From: Petromyzon marinus
Lineage: Eukaryota
Assembly (NCBI RefSeq): GCF_048934315.1
Contig: NC_133691.1
Span: 9,311,097 to 9,375,096 of the forward strand
Direction of reading: 5' to 3'
Length of the DNA stretch: 64,000 bases
Part shown: positions 35,672-48,087 of the stretch, piece after piece
Numbering within the stretch: position 1 is the stretch's first letter
How the letters are laid out: each line of letters begins with the position of its first letter
Position numbers and translations under genes: made by a program
The notes under the pieces: generated by a model
The model's input: only the letters and a program-made list of their open reading frames with translations
Told to the model about the DNA's origin: nothing
Database searches by the model: none

Positions 35672-37213
35672 GTAAGAAGCCTGAGTGAACTCGATTTTAT
35701 TCTACAGTTGTGAAATAAAAAATGAAAGTGATTTCCTGCTCAAATGAGGATAAAGTGAGTGCTCATTTGCTGTTTACAGCCCTGAGCCAGTGGATGAAAG
35801 TCCATATTCCTATGATTGGAGAGAGTCTATCCATAGGACAACTACTATTGACTTCCTCACAAGATGGTACAGTACTCATTGTATCGTAACATTCCGATTG
35901 AGAGCCGCTCGGTTTACTGCCGAGCCATCTGGTGAGATTATTGAAATAAACAGTCTGTTAATTAATCTGTCTCATAAAATATATATTTCATCCATTCAAC
36001 TATGACCTTTTCAGACCAATGTCCAGCAAAATTACCCATCGGATGATATATAAAATACATTTTTATAGGTTCCAACAGTCACATGGCCTTCTAGGAGCGC
36101 ATAGTTTCAGTAGTATTGGTTAAACACCAGCAAACTCTGGATCAGCTTTAACATGCAGTGTCTCATCAGCCAAGTCAGGCTTTCTCGAGCCAATTCTGAT
36201 AAACTGCTGGATTTTTATAGGCAAGGACCCTTTTTATTCTCTATGGGCCCTAGTTTGACACGAAATTTCATAATATATAACACAAAATGATCAGTAGTGT
36301 TTGGGCAGGACTGTAGTGACATCAGGGATGTATGGTGCTGACCCGAGAAGGCTGTGGTGCGCGATGCACTGTCATCGCGTACACCCCACAAGCGGTGTGG
36401 TACCAGCCCTAGCGGGGCTTGGTGTGCGCTGGGTTAGCGTGTTCACCTTGCATAGCGTGTAATGCGGGCTCCCACAAGGGTAAGTGGGAGAGTGTCAGTC
36501 CAGGGACAGGGTTGCCCCGGGCCATGGCACTGGTTGAGCCCGTAGACACATGATCCGGAGTGTCCACAGAGAGGCCCCCAGGTGGGGTGGCTAGGGGGCC
36601 ATCACGTGTCCGGGGAGAGCTCTCGAGAGGGATTGAGAGAGAGCTGGAACGCTCAAAGGCAGGCGAGGCCAAGGGCAGAGCAGCCCCGATCCAGGGGGAT
36701 ATAAGGTGGTGGGTTCCCTGAGAGGAACCGGGGTCACTGCAAGCTGGAAGCTCTACAGGCATCAAAACGTGGTCAGGACCCGAGTGAGGGTCAGACCCTT
36801 CGTAGCTGTAACTCCTCCGTTTAGGGTAGTTAGCTGGGTGGCCACCACCCTAGGCTGTATCTGGTGAAGGGGCAGCGTTACCCCTAAGTGTTACGTGTTT
36901 ATGTTACAAATAAATGTGTTGCCTCTAAAGAACAACGTCTGCGACTCAGTTGGACTCACTACAGGACTATAAGTTACAAAATAAATATTTATAGTATGCC
37001 TAATTTACATATCTGTCCCTCGAAATATAAAATAAAAGTTTATTTTACACATCCCATCAACCACATTTTTATCCCATTATAAAATACATTTGGTGCATCG
37101 GTTTATTTAACTTTCATCTTTGTCTAGAAGAGCTGTTTGCCTTGTTCCATATGATATATTGTACAGAATGTAGTGTGAAGTCTTATACAAAGGCATGTGC
37201 CCTCTCCATACAG

Positions 37214-37469
37214 GTGTATACACCAAGAACAGGAACTTCCGATTGTATGGCTCATCAAAGGCAGGAGTGCTTGTCCCACTGCGACTGGCTCCAGATGACA
37301 GTTATGTAGCTCAAAGACTCCCTGCATGGGGGATCCACAGAGCCAGAGAGACAATGCCGTCCACAGGGACAACCAGAGCTTCCGAAAGGCCTGCCTGCTC
37401 CTCAGAGGCCAAGAAACACGTGAGGCTGCAGGAGAAGATTTTTTTGGCTTCACTTATCACCAATGTAGA
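37214..37469 (+). CDS. PRIMPOL: PRIMPOL exon 6: (G)VYTKNRNFRLYGSSKAGVLVPLRLAPDDSYVAQRLPAWGIHRARETMPSTGTTRASERPACSSEAKKHVRLQEKIFLASLITNV
   Basis: Matches human GVYTRNRNFRLYKSSKIGK...YFLSSLVSNV. Acceptor tccatacag|, donor ga|gtgagt immediately before an in-frame TGA. Confidence 0.85.
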
Positions 37470-38304
37470 GTGAGTCTGACATCTTAACATATGACCAGTG
37501 GGTGCAGCGGGTGTGGATGTATAGGTTGCCTGATTGTATTTTTATTCTCCTCTTTAAATAAAGACTTTTAATATGCTGCTAATTAGATATTCCTTAAAAT
37601 AATGGTTATTTTAAATGAAAGTTTATTTCAAAAAGTAATCCTTTAAAATATCTAAATTTATATTTCTGGTTATTACATGCTGACTACACAATTGTCTGCC
37701 TATATTAGAGTGTTTTTTTAATTAGTTCACACAATCTCAGTTTAGCTGGGCTATCTTTATAAATGGCTTTGATAATAGCTACATATATTTTTTATGAAGG
37801 CCTTGGTTTGTAAGACCTTGGATGACTGGATCGGTTTCAATCTACAAAAAAACATTCAATCGTGGTATTAGATATTCATTTGTATCTTCTTGAATCTGAG
37901 TGATAGTATGTATGTAGTCAATGGTAGAAAACTTATTTTCTAAATCCAGTTGACTCACATGGCTGGTTGGCCTCTAACTGTCTTTTCGATACTCCGGGCT
38001 CTTCATAAACGTGTGTGGTAATAGGCTAATGGGTCTCTCATTCTGAATTGAGCTTTGTCTAAAAAAATTAAGAAAAAATGGAGGGATCATTTTTCAATTG
38101 AGATTTAATTTCTGTATCAATGTTTAGTAAATAGTTCTGCTGCTTTTGATGCTTCTGTAAGAATGTGTAATATCCATCACCGGCTCAGGGCCACCAATGC
38201 AGATGAGCACTGCCTTGTGTTCAGTAGAGCACTGCCTTGTGTTCAGTAGAGCACAGAGATGCACGGTCATTCTCTATGTTGTATTAATGTATTATTGTTC
38301 TCGA

Positions 38305-39905
38305 CAGTGAGGGAAAAAGTATTTGATCCCCTGCTGATTTTGTACGTTTGCCCACTGACAAAGAAATGATCAGTCTATAATTTTAATGGCAGGTTTATTT
38401 GAACAGTGAGAGAGAATAACAACAACAAAATCCAGAAAGACGCATGTCAAAAATGTTATAAATTGATTTGCATTTTAATGAGGGAAATAAGTATTTGACC
38501 CCTCTGCAAAACATGACTTAGTACTTGGTGGCAAAACCCTTGTTGGCAATCACAGAGGTCAGACGTTTCTTGTAGTTGGCCACCAGGTTTGCACACATCT
38601 CAGGAAGGATTTTGTCCCACTCCTCTTTACAGATCTTCTCCAAGTCATTAAGGTTTTGAGGCTGACGTTTGGCAAACTCGAACCTTCAGCTCCCTCCACA
38701 GATTTTTTCATGGGATTAAGGTCTGGAGACTGGCTAGGCCACTCCAGGACCTTAATGTGCTTCTTCTTGAGCCACTCCTTTGTTGCCTTGGCCGTGTGTT
38801 TTGGGTCATTGTCATGCTGGAATACCCATCCACGACCCATTTTCAATGCCCTGGCTGAGGGAAGGAGGTTCTCACCCAAGATTTGACGGTACATGGCCCC
38901 GTCCATCGTCCCTTTGATGCGGTGAAATTGTCCTGTCCCCTTAGCAGAAAAACACCCCCAAAGCATAATGTTTCCACCTCCATGTTTGACGGTGGGGATG
39001 GTCTTCTTGGGGTCATAGGCAGCATTCCTCCTCCTCCAAACACGGCGAGTTGAGTTGATGCCAAAGAGCTCCATTTTGGTCTCATCTGACCACAACACTT
39101 TCACCCAGTTGTCCTCTGAATCATTCAGATGTTCATTGGCAAACTTCAGACGGGCATGTATATGTGCTTTCTTGAGCAGGGGGACCTTGCGGGCGCTGCA
39201 GGATTTCAGTCCTTCGCGGCATAGTGTGTTACCAATTGTTTTCTTGGTGACTATGGTCCCAGCTGCCTTGAGATCATTGACAAGATCCTCCTGTGTAGTT
39301 CTAGGCTGATTCCTCACCGTTCTCATGATCATTGCAACTCCACGAGGTGAGATCTTGCATGGAGCCCCAGGCCGAGGGAGATTGACAGTTCTTTTGTGTT
39401 TCTTCCATTTGCGAATAATCGCACCAACTGTTGTCACCTTCTCACCAAGCTGCTTGTCAATGGTTTTGTAGCCCATTCCAGCCTTGTGTAGGTCTACAAT
39501 CTTGTCCCTGACATCCTTGGAGAGCTCTTTGGTCTTGGCCATGGTGGAGAGTTTGGAATCTGATTGATTGATTGCTTCTGTGGACAGTTGTCTTTTATAC
39601 AGGTAACAAGCTGAGATGAGGAGCACTCCCTTTAAAAGTGTGCTCCTAATCTCAGCTCGTTACCTGTATAAAAAACACCTGGGAGCCAGAAATCTTTCTG
39701 ATTGAGAGGGGGTCAAATACTTATTTCCCTCATTAAAATGCAAATCAATTTATAACATTTTTGACATGCGTTCTTCTGGATTTTGTTGTTATTCTGTCTC
39801 TCACTGTTCAAATAAACCTACCATTAAAATTATAGACTGATAATTTCTTTGTCAGTGGGCAAACGTACAAAATCAGTAGGGGATCAAATACTTTTTCCCT
39901 CACTG
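38305..39905 (-). mobile_element. Tc1-like (Tc1/mariner superfamily) DNA transposon, ~1.6 kb, with ~30-bp terminal inverted repeats (cagtgagggaaaaagtatttgatcccctg ... caggggatcaaatactttttccctcactg); lies in PRIMPOL intron 6
   Basis: ITRs read directly. Internal ORF encodes a Tc1 transposase. Confidence 0.9.
38559..39626 (-). pseudogene. Tc1-like transposase ORF (355 aa: [28 protein letters not shown]...[11 protein letters not shown]...[18 protein letters not shown]...[12 protein letters not shown]...[11 protein letters not shown] then frameshifted tail)
   Basis: Track ORF. Helix-turn-helix, DD(34)E core (D in WSDE, D in HDNDP), but the expected ...DLNPIENLW... C-terminus is replaced by out-of-frame sequence, so it is probably inactive. 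Confidence 0.85.
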
Positions 39906-40410
39906 TATATGCAGCTTTGTTCCAGTGTTATTCTGAATAGATACGTTTTGATATTTGTGTGCATTATTGTTGCGTATAAACATCCATGTTATCTGTATCT
40001 GAATTGTGTAAGAATAATTTTTGTTCATGTATATGGTGTTGCTTAAATGCCTCAGCAATGCAAAGTGCTTTACATCATATCTCATCTGAAACAATCCGAT
40101 AGACACCCCAAGTGCCAGCTGTCCTGGCACAAAGGATCTCGGCACCGGGCATAAGTTTGTCAGTAGGGGGCCATGATTACTGTGTGTAATCCTATTTGAG
40201 TAATTTTCAGGTAATTGTATCTCGAATTCGGACCGTGATGCCGCAAGAACAATGGCCTATTTGTTTTGAATTATGTTACGCGTTCTCTAACGTCCACTGT
40301 GGGCAGTCTGCCGAAATTGACCAGAAAACCTCTGCAACATACGGCGAACACGCTGGGCCACATTACCTCATGTATGTGCGTGTGCGAACCTTTGCATGTG
40401 AATGCGATAG

Positions 40411-40511
40411 ACGAGCCCCAGGCCTTCGCTTACTGAGCTGCCTCGGCTCTCCCATGGACACTCACAGGACAAACACCTTCGCTGCAAACAATGCTCACGG
40501 TGACGCGAAAC
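40411..40511 (+). CDS. PRIMPOL: PRIMPOL exon 7 (candidate): (E)RAPGLRLLSCLGSPMDTHRTNTFAANNAHGDAK(L)
   Basis: Phase 2 in and phase 1 out are exactly what exons 6 and 8 require. LRLLSCLGSP matches human LRILTCEPSQ and the length (35 vs 37 aa) fits. Donor aaac|gtgagt. Acceptor gcgatag| has a weak polypyrimidine tract. This is the only candidate found between the Tc1 and LINE insertions. Confidence 0.6.
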
Positions 40512-41202
40512 GTGAGTTAAACTCTTTGAGCTGATATCCCAGTGTACCTTTTGCTTTATAGTACGATTCTGAAAATACTGATTTGCTAGTTAGTGGCTGG
40601 GCACAAAGTATCAGAACGTGTGTCTGATTTTGATTAAGCCCGTATTAATGCCTTTCTGCCATTCTGCCTCATTGTCACAAGGGATAGTCGTACCATTGTT
40701 ATAAATTGTTCACATGGCAACTTCAGTCATTGGTTGTGTCTGGTGAACGAGGGTTTATAACACACACTTTATTTACCTGACCTGAACCAAAAAATCAAAT
40801 ATGAATGAAAATTGGTTGTGAAAGCCTGCATGTTAAATTATTACTATTGTCTTTATTAATAATCCACAAGAAGTCTTAACTGTGTTGTATAGTGGACCAT
40901 CATTAGACAAGTGAATTTGCAGATAAGACAATGGATATCTAAACATAATTGTGTTTTCCAGCAGCGTGTACTTCTGCGCTTCCTGTTGGTATCAGTAATT
41001 TCACCTTAGGTGTCCCAAGTACCTTCATGGGATACATAGGGGCCACAGAGCCAGTATATATATTCATTATTGAGCAAAGTGTGTTTTTATATATACAGTA
41101 AAATCCCAATATAACGTGGGCAATGGGGGGCATGAATAATAGCCGTGTTATAGACTACTCGCATTATCATGTAAAATACGTGTCTGTGTCACTGTGTGTG
41201 CG

Positions 41203-41285
41203 TCTGGCCTCAAGGTGCACATGGCCTGGCACAAGCGTCGTGGTGACGTCACCGCCACTTAGTGGCGAATGGCGGTTGTTTGTTG
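41203..41285. repeat. 5' copy of a ~83-bp direct repeat flanking the LINE (tggcctcaaggtgcacatggcctggcacaagcgtcgtggtgacgtcaccgccacttagtggcgaatggcggttg, followed by (GTT)n)
   Basis: Near-identical to 44838-44920. Contains short palindromes ggtgacgtcacc and gccacttagtggc. Confidence 0.8.
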
Positions 41286-41289
41286 TTGT

Positions 41290-44200
41290 TGTGTCTGGTC
41301 CGGAAAAACAACCCCCTACCTCCTTGTGGTGCCGGATGGGCAACGCTGTCATGGGCAGTGCCGTGGGGGGTGGGCCAATTCCGATTGGCCTTTCCCCTCA
41401 TTGCATTTGTAACCACCACAGTGGCTAAATGGCGGCTCTGGATGGGTGCGAGGGGCTGATAACACCTCCGCCTTCAATTAATTACCACTAAACCATGACC
41501 ACAAAATGTAATAAATAAACTTGTGCCGGAGGCCCCAGGGGGACAGGTGTCTATGACGTCTCCTGGCCAAACCCCATTTGGCGGAGCCGGGAGACTGAAT
41601 CCTTACCCTTGGGGCTCCTCCAGAAACAACAGAAAACCACTACGTGTGGCCACGTGGAATGTTCAAACGCTCACTGCGGAAGAGAGGCTGCCACTCCTAT
41701 GTCGGGAGCTGGATCGGTACTGCCTGGATCTCTGTGGTATTCAGGACGTCCGGTGAACCGTCTCTGGCTCCTGCCACCATGAGGGGTGGACAGTCCTCTA
41801 CTCGGGGCAGGAGACTCCTAAACAACAGGGTGTGGCTCTTCTTATGAATAAAATAATGAAGGGGGCGTGGGAGCGTGGCAGTGAGGTGTGGGAAGCTGTA
41901 GGCCCCAGGCTACTTTGGGCTTGTCTTCCCATCAACCAGAGTTGAGGAGTGGTGGTCGTGGTTACTTATGCCCCCACTGAAGACAAACATCCGTGGAGGG
42001 ATGCAGGCAAGCCCGATTAGTCAGATGCCTTCTATGACCTGTCACAGGTGCTAGCTAAAGTGGCCCCTCGGGATAGAGTCATCTTGTTGGGTGACTTCAA
42101 TGCCTGAGTTCATGATGCTGGCACCTGGTCTGGAGTAATTGGAAGGCATGGGCCAGATCAGTTCAATAGCAACGGCAGAAGGCTGCTAGATTTTTGTGTA
42201 GCCCATGGGCGTGTAATTACCAACACGCTGTTCCGGCATCAGCGCATCCACACCGCATCATGGATGCATGCCTGGTCCAAGCAAGAACATCTGCTGGACT
42301 ACATAGTGACGGAACAGCGGATGCGGGCCAGGACCTACCGTGGAGCTGATCTGCCCACTGACCATCGACTTGTCATCTGTAAGATGCGCCTGTCATTCTT
42401 CTACTCCGGTGGTGGGTGTACACCCAGGACCCCATTCAAACCCTTAGTGGCATGGTCTCAGCTAGCTGATGAAAATTGCAAGCGAGAATTTCATCATCAC
42501 TTACAGCTGGGGTTGGCATCGTCCCCCCTCTCCTCCTGATGTTGAGGGGAAATGGGCAAGGTTTAGGACTGTGGCTCATGCAGCTGCAATGGCTGCTTTG
42601 GGTCCACGGTCCAGACCTCCCCAGAGACCCTGGCTGACAGAGGAGGTGTTCAAGCTGGCTGAGAAGAAGCGACAGGCCAACTCTCATCGGCTACAGCATC
42701 CCACGTCAGAGAATGAGGAGGCTTACCGGAGCCTTCACTCGGAGGTTTGGAGAGTCGTGAGGTGCTGCAAGGATGGGTGGTGGTCGCGGGTTGCTGAGGA
42801 GATGGAGTCTGCCTCAGTGGCCCGCGATCATAAATCGCTCTTTAATTCCATCTAAAAAGTAACCTGCAGCGCCACACCTATTACCATCATTAGGGGAAAG
42901 AACGGTGATCCAATCTCCGACCCCCAGGAACAGGTTTGCAGATTTGCTGAGCATTTCTGTGAGGTCCTGGGGGAGGGGAAATCCCTCAGCCTGGAAAACA
43001 CCATGGGACAAAGTGGGGATGACCCTGCTGAGGCTGCGGTGCCTCAAATATTGGAGGAGGAAGTCACCCCCTGTGAGTGGCTGGCTGAGGTGCCATCTAG
43101 TTGAGGAAGTACTGAAGGCGATCCAGAGTCTGAGACCAGGAAAGGCACCGGGCAGAGATGATCTCCCAAGTGAAATGCTGAGGGAGAGTGGCATTTGTGC
43201 GCAGACTGCCCTACATGACATCATAACAACAGTCTGGACCACTGGACAGGTTTCGCAGGATTGGAAGGATGCCCTGGTGGTCCCCCTCTTTAAGAAGGGG
43301 GACCGCACAGACTGTAACAACTACAGGGGCATCTCACTCCTCAGTGTGCCGGGAAAGGTCCTGGCAAGGATTATTCAACATCGCCTTGCTAGGCACGCTG
43401 AGGAGAGGCTTGCGGAGCCCCAATGCGGTTTCAGAAAAGGGGGTCCTGCACATATGCCATATTTTCTGTCTGTCTGCTACAGCAGAGGTGTAGGGAATTC
43501 CAACAAGACCTACATCTCTGCTTTATTGACCTGGTCAAGGCCTATGATACCATCAGTAGGCCTGGGCTCTGGGTTGTTCTTCATGCTTTCGGAGTCCCTG
43601 ACCCTCGGCTCACGCTCATTAAGGACTTTCATGATGGTGAGCGAGCTTGGGTAAAACTTCATGGCCGGGAGTCAGAGCCATTCCCTGTACACCTTGGGGT
43701 GCGACAGGGATGTCCTCTGGCTCCCACATTATTTAACATCTATTTTGACCACGTAGTTTGTGAAGCCTTCAATAGCTGTACCGGAGGAATTTCCATTTGG
43801 TACAGATACAATGGGAGGCTGATCGATGCCCGGGTGCGGTCAAGGGATGGCTCCCTATTGCTCAACCACGTTATGTATGCCAATGATCTGGTAATTGCTG
43901 CTCACTCAGAGGAGTTGGAGGCGCTGCTGCTGAACTTGGAGCTTGCCACCAAGAGGTGGGGCCTTACCATCAGCCCCACCAAAACTAAGCACCTGCCTGG
44001 GTATATTGTACCATCGGACACTCCACCCCCACAACTTCCAATTGGTGATAGGGCAGTTGTGGAGAGAGTGGAGAGTTTCCCATACCTTGGCAGTGTGCTC
44101 ATGACCGGCTCCGGTTTAACAGCAGAGGTCTCACTCCGAATCAGTCGGTTGCAAAACGCTGCGTGGAAGATACCTGGCCTATCACTTCGCACGAAGCTTC

Positions 44201-44837
44201 AGGTCTTCTCGGCCATGGTCATTCCCTCCCTTCTCTACGCTTGCGAAACGTGGACCCCCCTAATGGAACATCTTCGCCGGTAAAAAACATTTTGGCTGGC
44301 CTGCCTACGATCCATCCTGGGTGTAACCAGGCTGGATTGTGCGAGCTCACAAATCCTTGAAAGATGTGGACAAAGTCCCATCGGTGAGCTCCTCTGGCAG
44401 GCAAGGCTGCGTTCGCTGGGTCATGTAGCCCGCATGCCCAGCCACCGCATGCCTAAACAGCTTTTGTTCGGCCGGATCGAGGGGGCTAAACAGGCGCGGC
44501 ACGGGCTAGAGAAGAGATGGAGTGATGTGGTACAGGAGGACGTGGTACAGGAGGACGTGGAGCTGAGTTGACTTGCCGATGACTGGTACCAGCGGTGTCA
44601 AGAACGGCCTTTGTGGAGGATGCTCGTGAAGGACGCTACTGGGAAGTTGGAGGCAGTCGCCCTCCAACAACAACGGAGGGCGGAGGAGCGACGCTCACAA
44701 CGAGCGGAGCGCCGGGTGGCTAAAGCACAGCAAGTTGGCACAGGGGGCACAAGTGGTGCATCAGCCACTTGTCTCAGTTAGTGAACCCGTGGCATCTGGG
44801 TCTGCCCCGTGACCTGCCAGTGGGCGTTCGACACTTC
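41290..44837 (+). mobile_element. Degenerate non-LTR retrotransposon (LINE; APE endonuclease plus reverse transcriptase), multiple frameshifts; lies in PRIMPOL intron 7
   Basis: Track ORFs: 41523-41756 carries endonuclease motifs LRVATWNVQTL. 42264-42539 carries ...LPTDHRLV. 42905-43654 and 43423-44283 carry RT motifs ...FKKGDRTDCNNYRGISLLSVPGKVLARII...CGFRKGG... and ...FIDLVKAYDTISR...HLGVRQGCPLAPTLFNIYFD...MYANDLVIAA... Confidence 0.85.
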
Positions 44838-44920
44838 ACGTGGCCTCAAGGTGCACATAGCCTGGCACAAGCGTCGTGGTGACATCACCGCCACTTAGTG
44901 GCGAATGGCGGTTGTTGTGT
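44838..44920. repeat. 3' copy of the ~83-bp direct repeat flanking the LINE
   Basis: tggcctcaaggtgcacatagcctggcacaagcgtcgtggtgacatcaccgccacttagtggcgaatggcggttg then (GTT)n. Confidence 0.8.
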
Positions 44921-45322
44921 TGTTGTTGTTGTGTGCCTCCGCGTCTGTTTACCCAACGGCGCACGCAACCAAGGGACTTAAGAGGGCCAGGGGGTGGGTG
45001 TCGATGGCTGTCTGCTTCATGACCAATGGAGAGGGGAGGCAGGAGATATTTTCGAGGGACAAGACTTGCATGCTGTATATCTGAATCTGCGGTGTAATGA
45101 GCTGCGTTTTATTGTGGGGTTTTTTCTCAGTTTGGTGATGCGATAGCTTAGAGTTTCACATTTAAATTATGAATATTACAATGGCAACAGCACAATGTAA
45201 ATGCAGTTGGTTTATGAATTAAAACAATCTCAAGAAAAAAACATTGTACATTTACAATGTCATTGTTTTCCATGATTGTTTTTAATGCGTCCCATATTTC
45301 GCTGACATTTTTTTTTGCTCAG

Positions 45323-45406
45323 TGGTTACTGGATACCAGGCGTCTCCATTCCCAGAAATTGATGCGTACATACGGTCACAGCTCAACAAGGGAGGAGTCC
45401 AAGGAG
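45323..45406 (+). CDS. PRIMPOL: PRIMPOL exon 8: (L)VTGYQASPFPEIDAYIRSQLNKGGVQG
   Basis: Matches human IEGFQCSPYPEVDHFVLSLVNKDGIKGG. Acceptor ttttttgctcag|, donor gag|gtggga. Phase 1-1. Confidence 0.8.
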
Positions 45407-45553
45407 GTGGGAATGCTTGAAACACTCAGAGCTATGTCATGCGTGAGATTTGTATGCAAAACACAAGAGCTCATCTTGGGTGGATCCACCAAACGGTAAC
45501 CCTGGTGCTCTGCAATCGCTATTTTTTGGATATTGCCTTCTGGCTGTTACCAG

Positions 45554-45662
45554 ATATACGTTGCTGGAAGTTTTATGAAGGCACCGGACTGCTTGTTTAC
45601 GAGGCAACCAAGAACCGGTGGTGTGAGAATGTGGGACGAGCTCACCGCAGCAATAACACCTG
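45554..45662 (+). CDS. PRIMPOL: PRIMPOL exon 9: (D)IRCWKFYEGTGLLVYEATKNRWCENVGRAHRSNNT
   Basis: Matches human IRRWNYFFPEELLVYDICKYRWCENIGRAHKSNNI. Acceptor ctgttaccag|, donor ctg|gtaagc. Confidence 0.9.
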
Positions 45663-46946
45663 GTAAGCATTGCTAGCCACCAAGCCCATTCCAAATGTGA
45701 AGCAGGTGTATTGTCTGCATATTTATATTGTTACTTATATTCTGCACAATGACGCTATTATTATAATTACGTGGTATATAGTTTCGTGTCGAACTCGGAT
45801 CCATATCTAACATCTTGCATTTCACAACCATTTTAAATCTAAAACAAATTTCTTTACAACTACTTTGTGTTTAATTTATTGTCCTTCCCCTGCACCTACG
45901 ATTAGCACGGTTGGCTATGTTTCAGTTTCTTTATTTTTTTTTGGTATAGCCCTGTGAGCCATTCGGCTCTTGAATCAGGTGCAACCACAACAAACAAAAA
46001 CACGAACAAGAAAACATCTTAAAGTGACTATGTGACTGCAAACAGAAAATCCATGTACGGTGCAAAAGAATTTCAACATACAGCATTGGTTCAGGAAAAC
46101 CTAACTCTGCTGATGAGATACGAAATAGATAACCAATCCAGCATTTGCTTGTGTTGAACCAATGCTGCTGAAATTATGTACTGCCAGGAGGCTGTGTGGC
46201 TGTGGGGCATCTTAAATAAACTTTTACTTTTTACATGTAAGGACAGATATTGGAAGGAGGCATATTGTCTGCTTGCTTATTCCATTCCATATTGTGTACA
46301 CAAGTATATTCTACTGCACATTAGGCATGTCATGGTGTATGGTCAACCATTACCACACATGTTGTGATACCAGTGTTCACCGTCACTGGTAGAGGTCAAT
46401 TGCCCTCCTCCAATCCCTCAGCCACATTGATTGATGGAAACGAACCGCATCACAACATGTGGACACCAGTTAAAACGAAATACTGTTGATAATAATTTGC
46501 TTATTCAGGAAAGCCACACTGAGTCGTTGGACTCTTTCAGTTGAGTCCTACATTGGGTTTTTATTTTAAGGTGCATTCAGCCAATTAATGAGTATACAAG
46601 TAGGAGGAAACCCTGGCACCCAGAGAAATCCCACACACGTGAGGAAGCAACACTTTATCCACGTACAGATGGAAACAGATGGAGATTAGGCCACTTGCTG
46701 TACTGCCTTCTGAGGAGCCAGGGTATTGGCACCTTCACACCCACGGGAAGGAAGTTTCAGATTTGTGCTATCCGCAAACCCTCGCCTCCGCACTGCTGGA
46801 TTACAGCCCACGTGTATAGCCACCACCACCTGGCTTGTTTGACACGATTGGCAACATGGTCCTCTGTTAGGGTAATGAGCCAAGATTTTAATTTCATAAA
46901 TTCAGACAAGTAAAATTAAATGTTACCGAATTCTCTGCTCATGCAG

Positions 46947-47029
46947 CTACTTTGTGGACCTACATCAGGGGATTTTCTACCAGAAGTGCCACGACCAGGA
47001 ATGCAAAGCAATACATTTCCGCTCTCAAA
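46947..47029 (+). CDS. PRIMPOL: PRIMPOL exon 10: (C)YFVDLHQGIFYQKCHDQECKAIHFRSQ (UL52-type zinc-finger residues C-H-C)
   Basis: Matches human MILVDLKNEVWYQKCHDPVCKAKNFKSD. Acceptor ctcatgcag|, donor aaa|gtgagt. Coordinates may be off by 1. Confidence 0.85.
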
Positions 47030-47942
47030 GTGAGTTTTTTTTATCCTAAGTAGACATGAAGTGTATCTCCTTGTGATGACATTCAAATATAAAATGTAAC
47101 TTTATTGTAAGAAGTTGTAAATGTTTTCAACTCATTGCGTTGTATAGTTGATGTGTCTGTGCCTTATCACTGCTATATGGCTACTCCCATGATTACTGTT
47201 CCCCCTGAACCTCACTTCTTTCACCCACGTTGAGGACTCGGTCTCTTTGTGCTTTTTCCCTCCCATCGTTCATTTTCCCCAAGCTCCTATAATAACCTTG
47301 CTCAATTAATTATAAACATGTTATCCAGTGCAACTTTGAAAGTGAATTTAACACTTAGGTTTTTGTAACACATTGTCCCCAAGAATCTATTACGAAATTG
47401 GATAGCGACGTTTATTGGTGGTTGTGACATTTAGGGCCTTTAAGGCCTGCACTGTTAATAAATGTTTGAATTCATAACCGACACTAACAATGCAGTGTTG
47501 TCATCACCTGTTACTGCTTCTTAAATTACCATTTTAATGGATAATTATCATTTGTACTATTACCTAACTTTAGCAGTACAATACTTTTCCCCTTTTAGCA
47601 GGAAGCATGTTAATAATAGTATGCAAAGGCAAACTGGGTATTGTAGGTGAGATTGTATAACCCTTGAAGACTTAAGTATCATTGCAGCTGATTTATGAAG
47701 CCAATTAGAATTATTGAATAACATGGCTACGGAGTCAAGAAATCCTAAAATTATTTTTGTTATTACGCTTGCTTACCCTAGAATAAGTCTCAAATTTCTA
47801 GAGGGTACTGTAAAGTTTTCGCAGTAAGGGGTCACGTTGCTGTGTGGAATTCCAATGGAGCAATTTGCATGTATGTTTTCATCATTGGGATGTTTAAATT
47901 CATTAACATGCAAACATAAATAGGTTTGTGTATTGTTTTCAG

Positions 47943-47989
47943 ACTATCCTCTTCCTCAAGAGTGCCTCCCCAAATTAATTCTCTCTCGA
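47943..47989 (+). CDS. PRIMPOL: PRIMPOL exon 11: (N)YPLPQECLPKLILSR
   Basis: Matches human (D)CFPLPAEVCLLFLFK. Acceptor attgttttcag|, donor cga|gtaagt. Confidence 0.75.
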
Positions 47990-48087
47990 GTAAGTATATT
48001 TAATGGCATTGGCCATCGTAGCAAAGCACTACATTGTTAGCTTTGGTTTGCCCATGATAAATCTGCATAAATTACGTTCTTCCTTAG

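Noticed and set aside
35113-35688. Track ORF starting with TTG (and others starting GTG/TTG, e.g. 9378, 12995) treated as prokaryotic-style genes
   Set aside because: The ORF track uses bacterial alternative starts. The sequence is clearly eukaryotic (introns with GT-AG, polyA signals, SINE/LINE/Tc1). These ORFs are internal exons of spliced genes.
40196-40534. Whole 112-aa ORF after the Tc1 element as an independent gene
   Set aside because: Only its 3' third (40411-40511) fits PRIMPOL exon 7 in phase and homology. The upstream part has no support and the ORF start is a read-through of intronic sequence.
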